DNA from: a virus
Length of the DNA: 64,000 nt
Strand: one strand, 5' to 3'
Virus record (IMG/VR): IMGVR_UViG_3300022198_002714
Span: 25,753 to 89,752 of that record
The notes under the pieces were generated by a model. That model searched no databases. It had not been told where the DNA came from and saw only the letters and a program-made list of their open reading frames with translations. Shown one piece after another: positions 57,833 through 64,000 of the stretch (position 1 is the stretch's first letter; each line of letters starts with the position of its first letter). The translations under genes were made by a program, and so were the position numbers.

Positions 57833-58491
57833 TGACGCCGTTTGAGGCTGCGTGGGCTGAGATTCAGTCGCGGCAACCGAGAGGGCAATTCTTGGGTGGC
57901 TCCACCGGAGCGAGGGGGTTCGACTTGGACCCCGGACGATTCGTTGGCAAGCGAGGAAACCATCCCCGTCACGTTTTGAATGAGTTTGATATGAACCGTT
58001 ACCTCTCCATGATGGGTGTCGGTGTACCAAACGCAGCCCTATTCCATGATGATGCAGGACCGATGATGCTGACGCAGTTCCAACAAGGACGACACGTCAA
58101 CCCACGGACGGACAGGCAGAAGGTGGCTGATGATATGCTCGCTCATGCGCTGATTGGTAATTGGGACGTGACGGGGATGGCAAACGACAACGCGCTCATG
58201 CTACCGAGCGGGCAAGTGTCCTACGTGGACGTGGGTGGCTCCGGTCCGTGGCGAGCGCAAGGCGCACCCAAGGGCGACCAATGGGGGCAGTACGTCAACG
58301 AAACGGAAACGCTGCGAAGGCGCAACCCGTGGTACGCAGACGTGAGCGATGAAGACATACAACAACAGTACAACCGCATGGGCGGGCAGTACGGACTACT
58401 CACGGGGCTGAACCAAGTGGATTGGAACGACCCCAACACAAGGGACATGATGCAACGACGAATCATGTCCCTGCAACCGTGGCTTGGTTGA
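57829..58491 (+). CDS. PI3/PI4-kinase/HipA-like kinase domain protein with N-terminal tag-like sequence
   Basis: LGGSTGA (P-loop), VGK, NE...GVGVP, ALIGNWDVTG..DN, YVDVGGS..RAQG; begins MMTPFEAAW. Confidence 0.7.
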   Translation: MMTPFEAAWAEIQSRQPRGQFLGGSTGARGFDLDPGRFVGKRGNHPRHVLNEFDMNRYLSMMGVGVPNAALFHDDAGPMMLTQFQQGRHVNPRTDRQKVADDMLAHALIGNWDVTGMANDNALMLPSGQVSYVDVGGSGPWRAQGAPKGDQWGQYVNETETLRRRNPWYADVSDEDIQQQYNRMGGQYGLLTGLNQVDWNDPNTRDMMQRRIMSLQPWLG

Positions 58492-58494
58492 AAT

Positions 58495-58524
58495 CCAATT
58501 GGAAGTATTTAACCACCGAAAGGG
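58495..58524 (+). promoter_or_regulatory. Early promoter motif, copy 8
   Basis: CCAATTGGAAGTATTTAACCACCGAAAGGG. Confidence 0.8.
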
Positions 58525-58552
58525 AAGATGAGCGAAAGCAAGGTGAAGCAAA

Positions 58553-58810
58553 ATGAATGAAAGACAACTGAACAGAAAGAAGAAGGAAGAATTGGTCAAG
58601 ATTATTCTTGACTTGCAGAAGCGGGAATTACCTGAGCCGCAAAGATGCCCGTCATGCAGAAGCAAGGACATTACGTACACCGACACGTTCCTTAGTGGCA
58701 GCATCGAAGTGGCATGCGATGAGTGTAATTCTCTTTGGCACGAACTGTGGCGATTCGTTGACATTGAAATGATTAGTGGAGAGGATAATCGTGTGGCTCA
58801 ACTTGAGTGA
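58553..58810 (+). CDS. Zn-ribbon protein
   Basis: CPSC...CDEC. Confidence 0.65.
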   Translation: MNERQLNRKKKEELVKIILDLQKRELPEPQRCPSCRSKDITYTDTFLSGSIEVACDECNSLWHELWRFVDIEMISGEDNRVAQLE

Positions 58811-59126
58811 TGGCTTCCTCTCCATCGTAGCGCACACGCACAAGCCGGACCACCTGCTTGTTCGCGCTCGTAAGCGTGAACATCTTGAGTCGGTGTTTCC
58901 GAACGCAACCGTCTATGTTCTGCCTGACGCAGACTACCCGTACAGGGCTGACGTGCTGCGGAGTGACGTAGCGAATCGCTTGTTAGATGAGTGTAATACA
59001 ATTCAGTACAGTAATTTCAAGGGTTCTATTTTGGACGACGAATACCACGATGCATTGATGCAGATTTGGGGTCTGATGTGGAACTACGGGCTGAAGCATC
59101 GTCCTAAGCGGGGGGTGGAGGCATGA
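58791..59126 (+). CDS. Conserved phage-type hypothetical protein
   Basis: MWLNLSDGFLSIV...LLVRAR...DYPYRA...YSNFK. Confidence 0.65.
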   Translation: MWLNLSDGFLSIVAHTHKPDHLLVRARKREHLESVFPNATVYVLPDADYPYRADVLRSDVANRLLDECNTIQYSNFKGSILDDEYHDALMQIWGLMWNYGLKHRPKRGVEA

Positions 59127-59659
59127 AGAACACACCAATTGAACTGCCCGTTGGCTCGCTGACGATGTGTGACGTGAAGGACTTCCGTGATACGCTGAAG
59201 CGAAACCACACGGTCGTGACCCTATGCAAGTACCCTCCAACGTGGCACTCAAGCGACGACAACGACCGCTACCACTACTACTTCCGCTACTACAACGCTG
59301 ACCCTGAAGTGTGGGCAACCGCTGCCTTGGTGGTCTTCGACCTGATTCAACAGGGGCGTGATGTGCTGTTGCATTGTGTACACGGCAAGGACCGCACGGG
59401 TGGTGTGGCTTACGTTGCGCTTCGCTTGCATGGGTACAACCATGACGATGCGTGTGACGTGATGAAAGAGGCACGGCCTAAGATGCGCAAGCAATGGGAC
59501 GCTATTCTTGAAGAGCGAAAAGACATTCACGAAGCGGCGTACGACTCCGCAGGTGAAATGATTGACTCCTTGCCTGCATGTGCAGACCTACCGTGGTGGA
59601 CCACGTACTTTGCACATGAGGCACGGTCGGAGAAGGGGATTCCAATTGGAAGTATTTAA
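59123..59659 (+). CDS. Dual-specificity/PTP-like phosphatase
   Basis: VLLHCVHGKDRTGGV (HCX5R) ...ARP. Confidence 0.85.
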   Translation: MKNTPIELPVGSLTMCDVKDFRDTLKRNHTVVTLCKYPPTWHSSDDNDRYHYYFRYYNADPEVWATAALVVFDLIQQGRDVLLHCVHGKDRTGGVAYVALRLHGYNHDDACDVMKEARPKMRKQWDAILEERKDIHEAAYDSAGEMIDSLPACADLPWWTTYFAHEARSEKGIPIGSI

Positions 59660-59672
59660 CCAACCAAAGGAA
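59642..59672 (+). promoter_or_regulatory. Early promoter motif, copy 9
   Basis: CCAATTGGAAGTATTTAACCAACCAAAGGAA. Confidence 0.8.
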
Positions 59673-59694
59673 AAGAGAATGAGAGGTGAACAAA

Positions 59695-60717
59695 ATGGCA
59701 CACAACTTGGCAAGCCTATTTGGGCAAGCAGCAGAACAGACGAACGGAACAGGCCACATGATTGCGTGGTCGGGGAATACCCCTTGGCACGGACTTGGTA
59801 CATCGGTGGAGGGGTTGATGACAACCCACGAAGCCCTGAACCTTGCGGGCTTGAATTGGACTGTGGAGAAGCGACCGCTGACCTACAACCACAACGACGC
59901 ATGGCACGTCGTACCTGAGACGTACGCCGTGGTGCGTGAAGACGGACTACCCCTGACCCGCAACGGCAAGGCCGTGGGTCGTGTCTTCACGTGCTTGCAG
60001 AATGAGGATGCGCTCTCCTTCATGGATGACCTGCTTCAGTCACACGAAGCGAGCATCGAAGTCGCAGGCGCACTTGGTAATGGTGAGCATGTGTGGGTGC
60101 TTGCTCGCCTACCTGATGTGTACAAGGTCGGCGGCAACGACGAGATGCATGCCTATGTACTCATCAGCAACTCACACGATGGAACCGGCTCGGTGAAGTT
60201 CCTTCTCACGCCAATCCGTGTGGTGTGCAACAACACGCTGACCCTTGCGCTTGGTATGAAGACGACGAGGTACAACATGCGTCACACGTCCAAGATGGGC
60301 GAGCGAGTGGACGAGGCTCGCATGGCCCTTGGTTTGGTCCGTGAAGGTATGACGGAGTGGACCGAGATGGCGAGTGGACTCATCAAGGTGGAGATGAGTG
60401 TGGGTGACATGAACGACTACTTCATTGACACACTCGGTCTGTCGTACAAGCAAGATGAGCCTGATGTATTGACAACTCGCTCATCGAACATTCTGACTTC
60501 CGTACATCAGGTGCTTGCTCGTCCGACCAACTCGGTTGGCGGCATGGAAGGTACTGCATGGGCGGCGTACAACGCCGTGACCGAGTACATTGACCACGAA
60601 GCAACGAGCCTCCGCGACGGTGAGAAGAGCCTGAAGCGCATGGAGTCGGCCCTCTTTGGTACGCTCTCCAAGACGAAGCAGCAGGCATGGACAAACGCGA
60701 TGGAGTTGATGGCATGA
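59695..60717 (+). CDS. DUF932/DUF945-type phage/plasmid protein
   Basis: MAHN...PWHGLG...AGLNWTV...NSHDG...TPIRVVCNNTL...RHT...AWAAYNAVTEY. Confidence 0.85.
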   Translation: MAHNLASLFGQAAEQTNGTGHMIAWSGNTPWHGLGTSVEGLMTTHEALNLAGLNWTVEKRPLTYNHNDAWHVVPETYAVVREDGLPLTRNGKAVGRVFTCLQNEDALSFMDDLLQSHEASIEVAGALGNGEHVWVLARLPDVYKVGGNDEMHAYVLISNSHDGTGSVKFLLTPIRVVCNNTLTLALGMKTTRYNMRHTSKMGERVDEARMALGLVREGMTEWTEMASGLIKVEMSVGDMNDYFIDTLGLSYKQDEPDVLTTRSSNILTSVHQVLARPTNSVGGMEGTAWAAYNAVTEYIDHEATSLRDGEKSLKRMESALFGTLSKTKQQAWTNAMELMA

Positions 60718-61046
60718 ATGAGCGATTGAGTTGCATTGGCTGCGACCATGAGTGGTTTGGAATCCCTGAGTATGACGCAAATCTTGACGGTCATGTAAAA
60801 TACGGTGGATGGTTCATCAACGTGGACTATGACTGCCCCGACTGTGGCTTGAACAACGTCGTTCAGTTGTCTGTTGACTTTGAGTTCAGCCGTCGCATGA
60901 CGATGGAGATGAACGAGAAAGAGTTCATTGACATTCCCGTGAAGCAAGAAACCTATGAGTGGCGCATCGTTCGCAAGGACCGCTTGCCCTTCGATTACGA
61001 GGCTGACGGTGATGTGTACGTTGAACGGAAGGAGGCGAGCGAATGA
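60714..61046 (+). CDS. Zn-ribbon protein
   Basis: CIGC...CPDC; coupled. Confidence 0.6.
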   Translation: MNERLSCIGCDHEWFGIPEYDANLDGHVKYGGWFINVDYDCPDCGLNNVVQLSVDFEFSRRMTMEMNEKEFIDIPVKQETYEWRIVRKDRLPFDYEADGDVYVERKEASE

Positions 61047-61378
61047 GCATGAGTACGGAAGAGGAACTGCGATTGATGGACGGCGAATTGTTGTGGTTGA
61101 TGTCCTATGTGGATGCCTCCATCATTTGCCAAAGCGTGCTTGACAACGGACTTCGAGTGAACGCGGCGAAGCATCTTGCTATGAAGTTGGAGAAAGAGTT
61201 CGGCGCATACCAAGCCGCAGTTGACTTCTGTTGGGTCTATTACCATCATGGCAAGGCAAAGGCCGAGCAATTCCTGAAGGACTTAACGTGGGAAGGCACG
61301 CTTTACTGCTTCGGTGATGAACAAGAACGTGAGGATTGGCTCAACGGAACCGGCGATTGGGCGGAGGTGGTCGAGTGA
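61043..61378 (+). CDS. Hypothetical protein
   Basis: Coupled. Confidence 0.6.
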   Translation: MSMSTEEELRLMDGELLWLMSYVDASIICQSVLDNGLRVNAAKHLAMKLEKEFGAYQAAVDFCWVYYHHGKAKAEQFLKDLTWEGTLYCFGDEQEREDWLNGTGDWAEVVE

Positions 61379-61683
61379 CACGCATTACCGCCGAGAGCAT
61401 TCGTGCGCAGATGAAAACGCTTCAACGTCATTTGAACTTGTTAGAGGCATTCGCTGAAACGTCCTTCAGCGAAACCGCTTGTGCTGATGAAGAACATGAA
61501 TGGCTTGACAACGGATGGGGGGGACATAGTGACGAAGCCTCGCCTGATGAAGCGGGCTTTTATGCAGAATGGGCTTGTAAAAAGTGCGGCGTTATTCTTG
61601 TGAGAAATTACAATCAGCACACAGATGAGTACACACATGACCCGTGGGCTGAACTGCGACCCGATGGAGGCGAAGAAGAATGA
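61375..61683 (+). CDS. Hypothetical protein
   Basis: GTG start coupled to the upstream stop. Confidence 0.55.
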   Translation: MTRITAESIRAQMKTLQRHLNLLEAFAETSFSETACADEEHEWLDNGWGGHSDEASPDEAGFYAEWACKKCGVILVRNYNQHTDEYTHDPWAELRPDGGEEE

Positions 61684-61846
61684 AAGAACTAACTGAAGCC
61701 AAGAAGCGTATTGCTGAGTTGGAAGAAATGTGTAGGCACTACCACAACACGTTGAATCGTGTGCATACCTACCTTGAAGAGTTCTATGAACACTCTATGG
61801 AGTTTGACTACATGGACTTCCAAGATTACATCGGAGGCGAAGAAGA

Positions 61847-62203
61847 ATGAATATGAAATTGGAAGAGATGAAAGCATTTGCAGCATTGACTGATGAAGAA
61901 CGAGCAACGGCGATTCGCCGTGAAGAAGCGCGACTGAAAGCGATTGAGGAATGGGCCGATGAACGCTTCCGACCTGACGACGGCTATGGTGAACTGCCTG
62001 ACTGCGGCTGCGGCGACCCCTTTTGGACTTTGAACAAGGAAGGACAACAGGAAGTCAACATTTGCTTCCGCAGCGACGGCACAATCACTTCTGATGTGTG
62101 GGAGATGATTCAAATGTCGCACATGTATTGCCTCAACTGTGGCGGCACACCATTGGTCCCCCAATCTTACATTGACGACTTCATCGCGGAGGCGATTGCA
62201 TGA
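61847..62203 (+). CDS. Zn-finger hypothetical protein
   Basis: CGCG...CLNC; preceded by a coupled 56-aa ORF at 61680-61850. Confidence 0.6.
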   Translation: MNMKLEEMKAFAALTDEERATAIRREEARLKAIEEWADERFRPDDGYGELPDCGCGDPFWTLNKEGQQEVNICFRSDGTITSDVWEMIQMSHMYCLNCGGTPLVPQSYIDDFIAEAIA

Positions 62204-62706
62204 ACATCTTTGTTCTTGACCTGAACCCTGAGCAAGCAGCGCGTGACCTTGACTGCGTTCGCCTGCCCAAGATGTGCGTTGAGTCTGCGCAGATGATGGC
62301 CTCAGCCCTGCGCCGACACGGTGCTACTGATGAGCAGATGCCACTAACCAAGGCAGGCAAGCCCTACCGTGGTGGGTACAAGCATCACCCGTGTACTGTG
62401 TGGGCGGGTGATACGCTTGGCAATTTCATTTGGCTCGCCGCTCACGGCATTGCACAATGCAACGAATACCGTATTCGGTTCAACAAGCAGCATGCATGCG
62501 AGGAACCTATCGTGGCTATGGCAAAGTTGTTTCACGTCGTTCCTGTTGGTGCGCGTACACCGTTTGCTCAGGCCATGCCTGATGAGTACAAGCACGACGA
62601 CCCTGTAGTTGCGTACCGCCGGTACTATCAGTCCAAGACAAACAGTCCCGGTGGTGTACACTACCGGCATACAACTCCGCCTGCATGGTGGGAGGTGAGC
62701 GCATGA
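62200..62706 (+). CDS. Pyrimidine-dimer DNA glycosylase (DenV/endonuclease V-like family)
   Basis: MNIFVLD...KMCVESAQM...HHPCTVW...FAQAMPDEYK...AYRRYY. Confidence 0.8.
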   Translation: MNIFVLDLNPEQAARDLDCVRLPKMCVESAQMMASALRRHGATDEQMPLTKAGKPYRGGYKHHPCTVWAGDTLGNFIWLAAHGIAQCNEYRIRFNKQHACEEPIVAMAKLFHVVPVGARTPFAQAMPDEYKHDDPVVAYRRYYQSKTNSPGGVHYRHTTPPAWWEVSA

Positions 62707-63089
62707 GCGACGAGATTCCTGAATGCCCCGGAAGATTTCAGCACGCTTGGGGCGACCCTGAACTCACAGAAATCGAATGGGGGGACCGCCATGAAACGGT
62801 GTGGGTTCGCCTCACCTGCGGTTACTGTGAGTGCGTCATAGAGCGGTGCTTAGATTCCCGTAGCGACGGCAAAGTGACTCTTCCCCCGCTCGCCATGTGC
62901 GAGATTGAAGAATGTGGTCGCCCTATTTGGAAAGAGGGGTATGAACACCGTGGCGACTACTACTGCTGCTCGTCATATGAGGTGAACAACTTCTTGTGCG
63001 ACGATTCCCCTGAGTGGCCTGCGTTTGTCGCAGAACGGAATGCACGAAGGAGGGCTGAAGCGAAAGCGAAGAAGGAGGCGAGCGAATGA
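62703..63089 (+). CDS. Cys-rich hypothetical protein
   Basis: Coupled; several CxxC. Confidence 0.55.
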   Translation: MSDEIPECPGRFQHAWGDPELTEIEWGDRHETVWVRLTCGYCECVIERCLDSRSDGKVTLPPLAMCEIEECGRPIWKEGYEHRGDYYCCSSYEVNNFLCDDSPEWPAFVAERNARRRAEAKAKKEASE

Positions 63090-63198
63090 CACACGGACCC
63101 AAGTGTGAGAGCGAGTGGTGTTCGTGCAACCATCCGAACCTGAAGGCGGTCATTGAAACAGACGAGTACATCTATTGGGAGTTCACGGAGGCATAAAC

Positions 63199-63459
63199 AT
63201 GAGCGAGTTTTTCTATTACTGTAAGGTCTGCGATGAGTGCATCTTTTACTACGGTGAACTTCAGCAAGTTGAAGTTCAGTATGTGCAAACAGACAGGGGG
63301 AACATGCTCGTCTGCAATTCACACGACCCTGATGATGTGGAGTACATGTGGCGGCGTGGGCCTTGTCAAGCCAAGAACAAAGATGGTACAAACTGCAAGT
63401 ATGAGGCGAACGCCTCAAGCGATTTCATATGCGCTCGACACGGTGGTGGCAAGATATGA
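63199..63459 (+). CDS. Zn-finger protein
   Basis: CKVC...; CQAKNKDGTNC...CARH. Confidence 0.55.
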   Translation: MSEFFYYCKVCDECIFYYGELQQVEVQYVQTDRGNMLVCNSHDPDDVEYMWRRGPCQAKNKDGTNCKYEANASSDFICARHGGGKI

Positions 63460-63597
63460 GCGACGAACAACTATACATTCAGGAATTGGAGAAAACGATG
63501 GAGCAATTGAGCAAGCAGGAATTGATGGACACAATCCTCCTAATCTTCAGTCGGATGGGTGAACACCTTCAAGAACAAGTGACAAGTGGTGAGGACA

Positions 63598-64000
63598 ATG
63601 GAGTGGCAACCGGACAATGAAACGATGGCGTGGGCGAAGGAACACTTCGCGCAGATTCCCGAAGGTGGCATTTGGGCACCCGAGGGTACGGGTGTACAGT
63701 ACAGGCGCATGGGTGAGAAGACCTACGCGCTCATGCTGATGTACAATCACCCTGAGGCTGAGGACTTCCATCAGAAGTTCAAGATGCTCTTTGAGGCATG
63801 CGGGTACACGATTGAGGAAGGCGACAACTACCAAATCGTTGAAGCCCCGCTCGACCCGAGGGAGCAAGCGAAGCAAGAGCATGAGCGTAAGCGGGCACTC
63901 GCTGAGGCATGGAAGTGTCCCAATTGTGACCGTCTGCTCATGGACAACGACTACACCCATGTAAGACATGAATACATTGACACCGTGGATGCACCCCTGT
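63598..64000 (+). CDS. Hypothetical protein, runs off the window
   Basis: MEWQPDNETMAWAKEHF... open to the window end. Confidence 0.55.
   Translation, partial: MEWQPDNETMAWAKEHFAQIPEGGIWAPEGTGVQYRRMGEKTYALMLMYNHPEAEDFHQKFKMLFEACGYTIEEGDNYQIVEAPLDPREQAKQEHERKRALAEAWKCPNCDRLLMDNDYTHVRHEYIDTVDAPL

Noticed and set aside
41387-59672. Repeated ~30-bp motif as a CRISPR array
   Set aside because: Copies are kilobases apart, sit before genes and contain a TATA box; no regular spacers or cas genes.
61855-61870. Tenth early promoter (AATTGGAAG)
   Set aside because: No TATA element follows; it lies within coding sequence.

Overview
This window is part of a tailed (HK97-fold, head-tail) archaeal virus genome. 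Gene content and archaeal-type signals (GGAGGTGA/GGTGA ribosome-binding sites, BRE/TATA-like promoters, ATGA-coupled genes) best fit a magrovirus-like virus of marine Poseidoniales (MGII). That assignment is by recall, not by search. Positions 1-40875 form a minus-strand late region. It holds tail genes, head-tail and decoration genes, the major capsid protein, a prohead protease/scaffold, a 1958-aa protein with a degenerate DNA-ligase domain, the portal, a LAGLIDADG fusion and the terminase subunits. It also holds a seven-gene membrane/Arf-like GTPase operon, an HMG-CoA lyase and a block of accessory proteins. Positions 41420-64000 form a plus-strand early region with nine copies of one promoter motif. 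It encodes a SNF2 helicase, a PPDK-like phosphotransferase, two CX5R phosphatases, a PI3K/HipA-like kinase, a DUF932-type protein, a pyrimidine-dimer glycosylase and many small Zn-finger or acidic ORFs. The most striking signal is a ~10-aa peptide tag, P-[MF]-[DEKNQA]-x-A-[WFMY]-x(2-3)-[LVM]-K, found 16 times in 10 unrelated proteins. It sits at N-termini, C-termini and between internal modules, sometimes as near-exact DNA repeats. It looks like a modular capsid-loading and protease-processing system for virion cargo. Other leads are the Arf-like GTPase operon, two homologous palindromic origin-like elements (33753-33909, 43140-43311), an iteron/T-tract region at the strand switch, and a GNRA-rich putative ncRNA. 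All functional calls come from motif recognition by eye; no searches were run.
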